This document shows, one piece after another, positions 1 through 12,300 of a stretch of DNA of 64,000 nt (positions are counted from its first letter, which is position 1; every line of letters begins with the position of its first letter). The stretch lies in NCBI GenBank assembly GCA_037447605.1, contig CM074804.1:5433909-5497908 (forward strand), written 5' to 3'. The stretch comes from Zygnema circumcarinatum SAG 698-1b. Its lineage: Eukaryota > Plantae > Zygnematophyceae. Under the pieces are notes generated by a model. It was not told the DNA's origin. It saw nothing but the letters and a program-made list of their open reading frames with translations, and searched no databases. A program made the translations under genes and the position numbers.

Positions 1-3000
1 TAAGCTGCCTATCAGTGGATAGGGTAGTGCTCATGAGAGGAGGAGAATCGGGCATAAGGTTATATGTAGATTTCCTAAGAGAGCTTGTATTACACCTATG
101 AATGTTAAGGAGTTTTAGGGCCGAGGGCTTTCTCCTTATACTTGTGTCATTTGTCACATGTGAATCCTTGTGTTGGATTGGAGTGATGGATGAGTGGAGG
201 CGACCATTGTATGGGCGGTGTGTCGCATCACACGTGGAGACCATTGGAGGAGCGTGGAGCTGAAGGAGCCGAGACCATGGAGGAGATGAAGAAGTGTTCT
301 TGTAGGTGGCGCGTTTTGTTATCCGCTGTGCGCACCTGGTGAGGGGAGGAAGAGAAGGCATATCGTGGCGGAAGCGGTATGTGGCCTAAGTAGAAGTGGA
401 AGAAGTTTTGGAGTGTTCACTCAAGCATGTTTTATCCTTCCACTAGTCTCTCCATTCTGCCCCCTCACACCAACAAGTGGTATCAGAGCTTATGGTTGAA
501 GTCTTGGAGCATTTGGTGCTTAAGGTTCAGTCCTAGCTTATGGGTGAAATCCTGAAGAGTGCCAAGTGATAGTGAGGGTCCTGGAGCATACTGAAGTGAG
601 GGATGCAGTTCCTTGAGAGTATGAGTTCCAAAGGGAGAGATCCTTGACTAGAGAAAGAGCTAAAGGGATAGTTCTTTGGGGTAGCCTAATGGTTGGCTCA
701 AAGGTACTCAAGAGGATAGATATGGTCAAACTCTTAGTCACGTTCATGGTTTCGTTTGTAGCAAGCAAGTTGCCAAAATAGTCAGCTTGGAGAAGCTACA
801 GGAAGGAGAGAATGCGTTTAGAGTTCTAGTCTTGACAGCTCGATGGAAAGAGTGCGAAAGAAGGCTAGATTAACGACATTGGAATTGGCATTGTTTTGGG
901 AGACTTGGCTCAATGGAGTCAAGGTCCGGCGGCGTGGAGGTGGTGCATTGAGTTGCACACATTCGAGGTGACCCAACTCAGCGGAGTTGGAGGTGGCAGC
1001 GTGAGAGACGCACAAGCAAGGGTGGACTTACCTTTCGGAAGCTTGTATGCTCGGATATGTCGAAGGCGAAGTTGCTTCATCAAAGGATTCGAGAGGAGGA
1101 CTTGACAGCACTTCGAGAAGTGGAGAGGGCTCCAGTGCCATATCGAGATTGCCATGGTATGTGGAGGGGATGACCCTTCAAGCACACTCTTGGGATTAGA
1201 GACTAGCTTTGGAGTTAGAGACTAATGAACTAGAATCTTCACATACGTTGTGGGAGAGGCTAGGAGAGGTGCAGGGTGGCAAGGAGTGCCACGGATAGAA
1301 AGAGTTCACTTCAAATGCGTTTGGGGTGAAGGAGGCCCAAGATCTAGGGTCTAAGAGAGAGAGCTGCCCAAGGAACCATTGCTTAAATCCTGACTAGTCT
1401 GGTGGACAGAGCTAGTGGAATTGATAGTCACTAAGATGTTAGTGATGGACCACTAAGGAGGAGTTTAGGGAATTCCCCAAGGAGTAGTGGAGGAGATCAA
1501 TTCGGAGGTAGGAAGGTCGCAACTTCCTATGAGGAGTCTACTTCACGGAGGAGTAGATGTAGCAAAGGAGTAGAATGGATAGAGTCAAAAGGAATTGACA
1601 ACCATTCAAGGAGGGGCAAGGCTGAAGTCGGACGAGGAGGATTCCACTCCAAGTCGACATTTTGGAGCCGTGAGCTCGTGGAGATCACATTGCTAACGGA
1701 CTTGCAGGGCTTATCTTGTGGAGGGATCATTCGGATCCAAGGAGACGGCATGGTGGCTCAAGTGTGTCCAGACGTGGACTTGATCTTTGTTTGAAGAGTT
1801 TGCTGGGAGTGCACGCCTAGTTTACTCGGGAGCAAGGAATAGAGACCTTATTGAAGGAGGAGCCGAGTTGCTGATCTCAAAAGGAGTCAAGAGAAGCTGG
1901 TGGATCTCGAAGGAGAAGTGGCGTACAGCTGTCATGGAAGACAAGGTGAAGTACCTTTAGGCCACAAAATTTTGTTTGAAATTTTCCTTAAAAGGTGAAT
2001 TTATTTTGGAGGCAAGCAGGTGGAGTTAGATGCAGGTTGCTGTGAGTTACATCACATGCAGATGGAGACCCTCGTGATGGGATAGAGCGGAGTAGCTTGT
2101 ACTTCTTCGAAAAGGGGAAGGTGCAGCGATGGACGGTTGCACGATAGCTTGTGGAGCTCGGCATCAAGGAACTCGGACACCTAAGCTAGAAGAGCTTGAA
2201 GTTGCTTGCAAGGACTAGGATCTTGAGAGGTGCCTAGGTCCGGAAGTCACAAGGAGGGAAGAGACGTCGACATGGAGCTGGCGAGATCGCACTCATGAGG
2301 AGATGGCGCTCTTAAGCAAGGTACCGCAACCTTGCATATCTTGTGTGTGAAAGAGTTTTGAGGGGGAGGTTTCGTTTTCCCTCAAAGGAAGAAGATAGTA
2401 AGACTCGGCGACTTGGTTGGAGGAGGATGCTACAAGGGTAGCCCAATAGTCCCAATCGTGCTTATCATTAGCGGAGGAGCAGCTAGACGATGGACCGGTG
2501 ATGCTGACTTTAGATGACTTCTCTCCGGAGTTGGAGACATGAAGAAGATGCTATGATAGAGGAGGCTGAGCAGTCTTGAAGAGTTGAAGCGACGAACTTG
2601 AAGGTTCGAGGAGCTGCGAGTGATCATGGAGATCAAGAGGCGGCAAGGAGCGCTTGAAGGCGTGGCTGGTGGCAACGGAATCAAGGGACGAGCAAAGTGT
2701 TGAGAATGTCATCATGATGATGGTGCAGTACACTTCCCTTCGTGGTATTCCTTAGAAAGTCACTAAGCTAGAGTGAGGTGTTTTCAGATGCATATGAAAG
2801 GTGCAAGAATTACACTCTTCGAAGAAATTGACACGCAATGAAGAAAGTGTCAAGCAGGGTTTGTAGGACCCTGATAGGGGAAGAGGAACATCCGGTTTGC
2901 CAGCTCATTGATGGAGTAGGTGAGCAGAATTGAGACCCCAAAGGTGGAGTACAAGAGGAGGGTGCCAAGATGTCGAAGCTAGGGTTAGCTTTGGAGGACC

Positions 3001-3734
3001 AGTCTTTGTACAGGTAGGCTGTTGAGCTTAAGAGGGGGTAGGCAAGGTGTTCAGATTTGACCTTGGCAGATGGCGCTGAGGAGAGATTGTCCATGGGGGA
3101 CATGTGAGTTGAAATTGTCCATGGGGGACATGTGAGTTCATAGTGTGAGGTCCCAGGATCGTGAAGAGGAAGTTGTTGATGAAGACGGCACTTCATTTGG
3201 GAGGAGGCCTACAACAAGTGGCGAGAGTTGTATCCCATGTTGTTGTCCCATGAATCCACAAGGAGGATTCATGGGACAGATATGAACGACCTCATGTTTA
3301 TGAGGGGGTGAGCGGCATATGGAGAAGTTGTCTTCATGGATAAGTGAGTTGGGAGGAGAAGATGGGACTTCTCAGGTTTACCTTGGAGGATGACTCGTTG
3401 TAGAGTTCAGAGGTTGAAGGTTCCCACCACATTGTTGACAAGGTGTCAACTACGCTCAAGGAGATTCTGATGTGCAACGATTGCACATGCGAAGTGAAGA
3501 CCATCTATTGGAAGAGGTGGCCCGGGGGAGAGTGCAATGGCTGTTGCATTCACGGCGGAATCAATTCAAGGGAATTGGTGTGCAAGCGACAAGGTATGCC
3601 TAGTTTGTTGTTGCTAAGCTTAGGGTGCCATGTTAGTGTAGCTTGCAAGGAACTTACGTACCAAGAGGGGGATTGTTGATGTATAGGTACATCAAGGTGT
3701 TGGTACTTAGTTCCTCGCATGAATGTTGTCCGGG

Positions 3735-4777
3735 TGTAGCGAAACGCTACAGTCACCCCAAGGGGAAGGGTTACTTAGAGCCCGGCGTGGCTTTATGTTT
3801 CCATCCAATGCAGTACCTAACGGTTAAGGCATCGGATACCCTATAGGACGACGGAGGTCCTAAGTTCGAACCATAAGAACTGGTTCACCCGTGGGGCCGC
3901 CACATAATCTCTATGGGCCCCACGTCAGCGGCCAAGGTCCCCTCCTCTCAGCGTAGAGGAGGATCACGGGCTAACGGCACCACGGGACCAATCCGGTCCC
4001 GCGATTGGATCCCGGGCCACGGCCCGGATCCCCCTTTTGGAATTCGCCGTTCGTCCGTACAGTTACGGGAACCCGTTGGTACGGACGGACTGTCAGTCGG
4101 ACCCCGCGCCTCGCGCGTAGGATCCGACCGTGCACCGACGTACGGCGGCGCGCCGCGTCGCGGCGTGCGCCGCGGAATGCGGCGAGCATTCGTACGTTGT
4201 ACACCTCTGACCCATTCGAGTCAGAGAGGGACACGTGGCAGTCTGCCATTGGACAGCCCTGCTTCCAATCCTCCATGCTGGTAGGAGGTTCAACGGGGGG
4301 AGCGTAAAGGGGCGTGGGTGACTGTCGTCACCTAACCAACATACCGGCATACGGTTGCACGCCCGTCCCGGGCTGCTCCCCACTCTGAAGCTCTCTCTCT
4401 CTCTCTCTCTCTGGACTCCGTGAGTGCTGGTGTGTAATTCCGCGCAGGCTGAAGAGGCGGTCTTTCAGTTGTTACATTGGTATCAGAGCCTAAGGACTGG
4501 TATTTGCAATCCACCCTAAAAACACCGTGATCTCCGAGCATGGTACGGTTGGCCAGAGGGTCTGAATCGTATATTTGGGCATGTGTTGAAGGAGCTTGAA
4601 CGCTGCTCGTGAAAAACCTTGACTGCGCTCGAGGACGAGCCCGGTTTAGGTGGGGAGGAATGTAGCGAAACGCTATACATGGGTTGTATGGCCGAGTACT
4701 TACATCCGCGGTTGCCTTTTAATGGTAAAGCACTTAGGTGAATACCGGGAGGTCCTGAGTTCGAACCCTGCTGCAGG
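3735..4777 (+). mobile_element. TRIM-like miniature LTR element: LTR-B (3735-4476), PBS, 184 bp non-coding interior, PPT, start of related LTR-C (4661 to gap)
   Basis: TGTAGCG...GTTACA termini; PBS TGGTATCAGAGCC 4478-4490; purine tract AGGTGGGGAGGAA 4648-4660 directly before a second TGTAGCGAAACGCTA at 4661; N gap at 4778-4787 truncates it. Confidence 0.7.
4705..4777 (+). pseudogene. Degenerate tRNA-like sequence (GAA/Phe-type anticodon position) inside LTR-C
   Basis: 73 nt with tRNA spacing: TCCGCGG-TT-GCCT-TTTAATGGTA-AAGC-A-CTTAG-GTGAATA-CCGGG-AGGTC-CTGAG-TTCGAAC-CCTG-CTGCAGG; B-box GTTCGAACC; stems carry mismatches, so not a functional tRNA. Confidence 0.65.
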
Positions 4778-4787
4778 NNNNNNNNNN

Positions 4788-7430
4788 CTCTCTGATGAGA
4801 TTGGGGACGATTGGGATAAGTTCAGAGATGAACTTATCAAACACTTTGGGGCCTTGGATCCCGGCTTGGAGGCCCGGGATAAGTTTCAGAACATGGTCCA
4901 AACCGGCAGCGTCAAGCAGTTTCTGCGAGACCTGCGACAAGTGGTGCCCCAAATCACCACTCAAAAGCCCCGACAGCCGAAGTTCTTTTCCACTCGTGAA
5001 TGGCTCAAGCCACACCTCAGGAAGTTAGGCCGCTTAACTAACCCACGGACCAAACCGCTGGGACCCTCACCGACTACCGTACTTTGATGCGCCCATTCGC
5101 TTGACACCGCAGGCGATGTAGCCCTTCCCGACCCCGCTACAGAGGTCGGGCGACGCGACAGTGGTCGCGGGAAGGCGGATTCGCAAAGACCTCCCCGCCA
5201 AACCGGGTGAGCAACGCGAAGCAACCGGAAGTGGGTCAGCCACCCACCCACGCCGCTAAGTTGACTCCGCAGGAAATGAGAAGACGCACGGCGAATGGGT
5301 GCTCACGCCGCAGCGAGGGCATAAGGCCCGGATTGCCCTCCGGAACGCCTAAGGACGTAAAGGGCAAGGGGCCGAAAATTCCCCAACCCACCGGCCAGCT
5401 AGAGTCACGGTGGAGAAAGCAGCCAGGGAGGATGTTTCGTCACAACGTTATGGACTTCCTTTAAGGCGGCTTAAAGACCACGGACATGCTTAATCCTGCA
5501 CCTGCCGTGGGCGTGACCTTTGGGCACGACTACAGGCCGCAAAAGCCCGGATTCCATGTCCCTTTTTCCCCGCCAACGTGGTGACTTCTGTGTCGCATGG
5601 ACGAATGATGCGCCGCCGCTGGCATGTTTCAATTCCCTAATGCCGGATGATGTCTTACGAGATGTGCCGGCGGATGCCTGCTTGTCTTGCGGATACTCCC
5701 ATTGATCCTGGGGCCGCAGATGCGGCCGGTTCCTCGATTTCGGTAGCCGGTACTTTTTCCCCACCAACCGGGCGGCGTACAAACAAACGAGAAAAAGGGC
5801 ACAAGCCGGTGCGTGACGATGGAAGCGATCCACCATCGGGTTGATCCTCTGGCTACCTGGGTGTGAGGACGCTCGGCTCCTACCGCATATAAGGCGATCC
5901 ATTCCATCTTGCCCATCGTAATGACCTTCACCCGTCAGCCGCCATCAGCCACCCCGCTAGCTGATACCCGTATTACCGTGCGCTAACTTCGTTGCCCCAT
6001 TCCCACCCGCCGATTTGCTGACCATGCATCCCCATTCGTGAAAGTTACTTTGGGGATGGACGCAAGGGCCAGATCTCTGGCAGCGTCCCACTCAAGATCA
6101 AGCTCCAATCCTACTTCGGGGTAGTGAAGTGTCTTTTAACACAGCTAGCCCCTGGTACGGATCTTATTCTGGGGAGTGTTTGGTTAACCATGGTCAAAGC
6201 CCAATTGGACTTTTCCATCCCACACTGTATTCTGTACAGTGGGGATAGGCGCATCACACCGCGACACCATACACATCCATCAAGGACAAGAAAGTTGATA
6301 CTCCTTATCTCCTCGCCGCTATGCAAATTGGCCAAAGCAAGTATGAGGGCTGCAATCTTTGTTCATGGTACGTCATGGCGTACCTAATCGGTGATGTCTG
6401 GCGATCTAAGATCAAGAATGGCGTGATCACATTCACGGATGTGCTCTCGTCGTTCCGCTCCCGATCCAACCGTTGATGAGTTCAAAGGATGGTCTTCCCC
6501 ATCACCTTCCGTTGCTGCCCCATCGAAAGGCACACAATTCCCTGAGCTCGAAAGCAAAGCTTTTGGCGCCGATCTATCGGGTTAAGTCCCGAAGAAACCG
6601 GAGGAAATAAGTGAAAAGCAGCTGGCCACTCTTTACGTGACAAGGGCTGGATAGAACCCAGTCAGAGCCCCTTTGGGGCGCCCATCTTGTTTGTTGGGAA
6701 GAAAGATGGTTCGTTGAGGATGTGCATTGATTATCGCGCACTCAACAAGATCACTGTAAAGAATCGATTTGCTTTTACTTTCACGCATCGCATGACTGCT
6801 GGATCGCCTTTCACGGCGTTTACTTCACCGATCTTGCTTCAGGTACCATCGACCGCTGTCACTAAGTCGATGTGCCAAAAGGTTCGACGCCGATTGGTCA
6901 TTTCCAATATAAGGTGTTGCCCTTTGGATTGACGAATGCTCCGGCAACTTCCCAGGCTGTCATGAACGAGATGTTCATAGGCATGGATGACTTTGTTTTG
7001 GTTTACCTCGATGATATCCTTGTCTTCAGTAAGACGGAGGAGGAACATCTTGAACATGTTCGGAAAGTGTTTGAGACCCTGAGGAAACACCAATTTTATG
7101 CCAAGAGGAAGAAGTGTCACTTCATGCAACGTGAGTTGCTTTATCTTGGGCATATTCTCAATGATCAGGGCCTTCGGCCTGACCCTGCCAAAGTTTCAGC
7201 GGTAGAAACTTGGGCGCCACCGACTGACTTGCATCAGTTGAGGTCTTTTCTGGGCTTTGCGAATTATTTTCGTAAGTTCATCCAAGGGTTTAGTAAACTG
7301 GTTACCCCCTTGACTAATTTGACACGTTCCGGTGTCCCCTTTTCATGGACCCCTGAATGCCAGGATGCATTCGAAGGTGTGCGCCATGCCCTTGTTACCG
7401 CCCCCACTCTCCGTTTAGCGGACCCGCCCA
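4788..7430 (+). mobile_element. Ty3/Gypsy gag-pol fragment (gag, RT, start of RNase H), frameshifted, bounded by N gaps
   Basis: Gag-like WDKFRDELIKHFG...EARDKFQNMVQTGSV; RT motifs [44 protein letters not shown]; connection region LRSFLGFANYFRKFI. Confidence 0.92.
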
Positions 7431-7651
7431 NNNNNNNNNNGGAGCCGAGACCATGGAGGAGATGAAGAAGTGTTCTTGTAGGTGGCGCGTTTTGTTATCC
7501 GCTGTGCGCACCTGGTGAGGGGAGGAAGAGAAGGCATATCGTGGCGGAAGCGGTATGTGGCCTAAGTAGAAGTGGAAGAAGTTTTGGAGTGTTCACTCAA
7601 GCAAGTTTTATCCTTCCACTAGTCTCTCCAGTCTGCCCCCTCACACCAACA

Positions 7652-8183
7652 AGAACTTCATGTGTGTTAGCCAAGTGTGTAAGAAGGGGTATGAGGTCAC
7701 GTTCAGGGAGAAGTCTTGTGTAGCTACTCACCTCGTGACGGGAAAGCAGCTGTTTAAGGGGTTTGAGAAAGAAGGGTTGTATTACCTTCACTATAGGAGA
7801 GAAGAAGACGAGGAAGTCATGGCTGTGGCTGAAGATGCAGTGAATCTCTGGCATCGTAGACTTGGTCACCTCAACCATAGGGGCTTGCAGCAACTGGCAG
7901 AAAAGGGGCTGGTCCGTGGGTTGGATGTTGACGTAGTTGAGAAGGAGCTCGGTTTTTGCAAAGAGTGTGTGGAGGGGAAGGCGCATAGGAAACCGTTCGC
8001 GAGGAGTGGAGAAGAGGCGTTCCACGCAAAGGAGAAGTTGGAGTTAGTCCATACCGACCTCTGCGGCCCCGTGACACCGGCAACGACAGGAGGAGCCCGT
8101 TACTTCATCACCTTCCTCGACGACTTTTCGAGGAAGATCTGGGTGAAGATTCTCAAGAACAAGTCTGAGGCATTCGGAGGCTT
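7652..8183 (+). mobile_element. Ty1/Copia pol fragment (gag-pre-integrase and integrase core), interrupted upstream by family A
   Basis: LWHRRLGHLN...CKECVEGKAHRKPF and LELVHTDLCGP...RYFITFLDDFSRKIWVKILKNKSEAF; ends at N gap 8184-8193. Confidence 0.93.
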
Positions 8184-8193
8184 NNNNNNNNNN

Positions 8194-8604
8194 CTCATCG
8201 ACTACAGCCCGTCTCCTTGCAGCAGCCCGGAGCAAGCGCCTCCAGCACCCATTCAGAATGAGCCTCCGCCGCCATCTGTGGCTGAGACGAACATCACTGC
8301 CGGAGCAGCCTTGAACCTTCAGAAAGACGTGCGAGGGGTTCAGGCCAAGATTGGTCAGTATGAGACTCTCCTTGTGACCCAAAGACAGGAGATGGCGCAG
8401 ATGGAGCGCAACGTTCAGAAGAAGATGGACAAGCTCCGTGCGGACCTACGAGGGGATTTGGCCCTCGCCATGAAGAACTTGACGGCAGCAAAAGGTACGT
8501 CCAACATTCCCCAGGCCGAAGCCGTTGAGGCAGAGAAAGATCTTCCTAGGGTAGCTGATGGGGTAGCACCATCAAATGCCACGAGAACTGTTGTGCGGCG
8601 CTAG
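8194..8604 (+). CDS. Open 3' fragment of unknown coiled-coil protein (5' end lost in gap), possibly TE-borne
   Basis: ~136 open codons after the gap; Pro-rich stretch then heptad-like LQKDVRGVQAKIGQYETLLVTQRQEMAQMERNVQKKMDKLRADL. The ORF track fuses it to the Copia fragment only across Ns. Confidence 0.35.
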   Translation, partial: LIDYSPSPCSSPEQAPPAPIQNEPPPPSVAETNITAGAALNLQKDVRGVQAKIGQYETLLVTQRQEMAQMERNVQKKMDKLRADLRGDLALAMKNLTAAKGTSNIPQAEAVEAEKDLPRVADGVAPSNATRTVVRR

Positions 8605-9313
8605 AGACCGTACAACTTATAGGACATAGTCTCTCTAGGGCATGAAGGACTTAGGCGCGAACGCCAAGCGACAAGGATGGTCGCGCGGGCGCGGACGCGG
8701 AGTCAAAGTTCTTGGACTGCCACGTGACGAACCAAATACATTTTGGATGCACGCCGATGGGACGCGGCGACGCGCACCAAGGGGCGTGGAGCGCGAAATG
8801 TGAACGGGGGCGCGATGTGACAGGCGCCGCGGGCTGCACTCTGGAACTGAACTGAGAAAATTCATTCAGGCGTGAAGCGGATCGTGCACACTGTGTTTTG
8901 GCACGTGCTCGGGAAATGTACGGATGTGAATGCGAAGCGACAGGCGGCGGCCAAGTGACTACCCACTAAAGGTGACAGGAAGCCGGCTATGGCGGGTGAG
9001 AGACCACTAAGCCGGCGGTCCAGCCCTTTCAACACGGCAGCCGTGACAGGGTCACGGCTTGCCGAGCTACTTAAGCGGCTCCATGGGGAGCTGTTGGTAC
9101 CCTGAATCGACCCTGAACCTTTATGGGGAGGTTCCGCGCCTCCTTTTCACCGCGCCAGGGGCAGTGCATTCCCGAGTGCTTAGGTAGCAGCTGAGGAAGG
9201 GAGGTGAGTAGTCGGTGGTAGCGGTAGCAAGCAGCCATGGCGTGGATAGAGCAGTCGGGAGTAGAGACTGCACGCACATTTGTATCTTTCCTTTGTATAA
9301 ATAAGAGGTTTTT

Positions 9314-12300
9314 TGTTGATGTATAGGTACATCAAGGTGTTGGTACTTAGTTCCTAGCATGAATGTTGTCCAGGAGATCATGTGTTGATGTAGGGACAAT
9401 GTCATGCATGAATGGTCATGTTTGGTATAGGACCAAACATGGGGGATGCCCAAATTGTTAGGGCAATGTACGGAAGGTCTAGGGAAGGTCTAGGGTCGTA
9501 GATTTACGGCTTAGGCTTAGACTGACCAAAAGGGTGCGCTGGATGCCGTACTATTGGTCTGGAGCCAACTGTACGGACGGCGCGTGCACTGTACGGACGA
9601 ATGCGGAAATGTTCGGACGTGGAGGTCTTTGGTGCGAAAGGCGGATCTGTACTAAAAGCGACATGATTGGTCGTTGCCAGAGTGCAGATCGCGCGTACTC
9701 CCTTGCGTACATTTCGCATGATTAGGTATGTCCTTTCGAGGTACGGATTTTGGTCGGTGCTGAGGCACAGCGCGGCGGAGTCAGAAGTGACGTGGCGCGA
9801 CCGACGCGGCAGATTCGAAAGTGACAAGGCGCGGCGTCAGAATGTCGGCGCAGTGAATCAGGAGTGAGGAGGTGCTGCATCAGCAGTGTCTCATGTGGAG
9901 GACAGTGGCGAATCGGAAGGCGCCACGTGTCAGATTCGGGGTAAGGCCTGTAGGGCCTAGGTCGGTGGTGACCGGAGGCTTACGGGGTCCCACATGCAGC
10001 TGAGTTAGTGAGGAGTCAGACCTTGGGTTGGGCGCATATCTGTATCAAGATGAGGCTGAGTTGGATCCACGGCTTAGAGCCCATCTGAGCCAAGGAGGAT
10101 CTGAATGATACGACTAAGATCAGGATAAGGCCTTGCAAGGCGCTGCATGGGTGGCCGTGACATGATGGGTGCCCACGCTGACAAAGGCCGCCATGGTATA
10201 TGAGGGAGCAAGCTTGGCTTCCTACTTACTCGCTCATACTCACTCACTCGGAACGTTATGCTGCTCAACCTTCGTGTTAGGAAGAGTAGGCAGAGGCTGA
10301 GGCCTTGAGGAGTCCGGCCTTGTGTAGGGGGTCGTGAAAGAACTATCTCTCATCATGGTTAACTCTAGTGAAAGAGTTAGAGATGTGTCCCTCTCGTGTT
10401 GAGGTAGAGGAGAAGTTCCAGCAAGCATATAGTGCTTAGCTACTACAGTTGGGGTGTAAGCTATCTATCAGAGGATAGGGTAGTGCTCATGAGAGGAGGA
10501 GAATCGGGCATAAGGTTATATGTAGATTTCCTAAGAGAGCTTGTATTACACTTATGAATGTTAAGGAGTTTTAGGGCCGAGGGCTTTCTCCTTATACTTG
10601 TGTCATTCGTCACATGTGAGTCCTTGTGTTGGATTGGCGTGATGGATGAGTGGAGGCGACCATTGTATGGGCGGTGTGTCGCATCACACGTGGAGACCAT
10701 TGGAGGAGCGTGGAGCTGAAGGAGCCGAGACCATGAAGAGATGAAGAAGTGTTCTTGTAGGTGGCGCGTTTTGTTTTCCGCTGTGCGCACCTGGTGAGGG
10801 GAGGAAGAGAAGGCATACTGTGGCGGATGCGGTATGTGGCCTAAGTAGATGTGGAAGACGTTTTGGAGTGTTCACTCAAGCATGTTTTATCCTTCTACTA
10901 GTCTCTCCTGCCCCCTCACACCAACAAGTGGTATCAGAGCTTATGGTTGAAGTCTTGGAGCATTTGGTGCTTAAGGTTCAGTCCTAGCTTATGGGTGAAA
11001 TCCTGAAGAGTGCCAAGTGATAGTGAGGGTCCTGGAGCATACTGAAGTGAGGGATGCAGTTCCTTGAGAGTATGAGTTCCAAAGGGAGAGATCCTTGACT
11101 AGAGAAAGAGCTGAAGGAATAGTTCTTTGGGGGAGCCTAGTGGTTGGCTCAAAGGTACTCAAGAGGATAGATATGGTCAAACTCCTAGTCACGTTGATGG
11201 TCTCGTTTGTAGCAAGCAAGTTGCTGAAATAGTCAGCTTGGAGGAGCTACAGAAAGGAGAGAATGCGTTTGGAGGTCTAGTCTTGACAGCTCAATGGAAC
11301 GAGTGCNNNNNNNNNNAGGAGGAGAATCGGGCATAAGGTTATATGTAGATTTCCTAAGAGAGCTTGTATTACACCTATGAATGTTAAGGAGTTTTAGGGC
11401 CGAGGGCTTTCTCCTTATACTTGTGTCATTCGTCACATGTGAGTCCTTGTGTTGGATTGGCGTGATGGATGAGTGGAGGCGACCATTGTATGGGCGGTGT
11501 GTCGCATCACACGTGGAGACCATTGGAGGAGCGTGGAGCTGAAGGAGCCGAGACCATGAAGAGATGAAGAAGTGTTCTTGTAGGTGGCGCGTTTTGTTTT
11601 CCGCTGTGCGCACCTGGTGAGGGGAGGAAGAGAAGGCATACTGTGGCGGATGCGGTATGTGGCCTAAGTAGATGTGGAAGACGTTTTGGAGTGTTCACTC
11701 AAGCATGTTTTATCCTTCTACTAGTCTCTCCTGCCCCCTCACACCAACAAGTGGTATCAGAGCTTATGGTTGAAGTCTTGGAGCATTTGGTGCTTAAGGT
11801 TCAGTCCTAGCTTATGGGTGAAATCCTGAAGAGTGCCAAGTGATAGTGAGGGTCCTGGAGCATACTGAAGTGAGGGATGCAGTTCCTTGAGAGTATGAGT
11901 TCCAAAGGGAGAGATCCTTGACTAGAGAAAGAGCTGAAGGAATAGTTCTTTGGGGGAGCCTAGTGGTTGGCTCAAAGGTACTCAAGAGGATAGATATGGT
12001 CAAACTCCTAGTCACGTTGATGGTCTCGTTTGTAGCAAGCAAGTTGCTGAAATAGTCAGCTTGGAGGAGCTACAGAAAGGAGAGAATGCGTTTGGAGGTC
12101 TAGTCTTGACAGCTCAATGGAACGAGTGCGAAAGAAGGCTATATTAACGGCATTGAATTGGCGCTGTTTTGAGAGACGTGGCTCAATGGAGTCAAGGTCC
12201 AACGGCGTGGAGGTGGTGCACTGAATTGCACACATTCGAGGTGACCCAACTCAGCGGAGTTGGAGGTGGCAGCGTGAGGGACGCACAGGCGAAGGTGGGA

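Larger units (their letters stand above)
1..7651 (+). mobile_element. LTR retrotransposon family A, copy 1 (non-autonomous, no intact ORF); 5' LTR truncated by window edge, 3' LTR interrupted by nested elements
   Basis: LTR end ...CACCAACA at 475; iMet PBS TGGTATCAGAGC 478-489; ~3.2 kb internal region; PPT AAGAGGGGGA 3663-3672; 3' LTR starts TGTTGATG at 3674 and breaks at 3734; LTR tail 7441-7651 shares diagnostic variants with 271-475 that the 9-16 kb LTRs lack, and has no PBS after it. Confidence 0.85.

Noticed and set aside
4705-4777. Functional tRNA-Phe gene
   Set aside because: Mismatches in all stems, non-canonical positions 32 and 37, shortened T-stem, and embedded in an LTR.
10494-12129. 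Near-identical 823 bp-offset duplication flanking the 10-N gap at 11307-11316
   Set aside because: Most simply an unmerged contig overlap; cannot be taken as a real tandem duplication.
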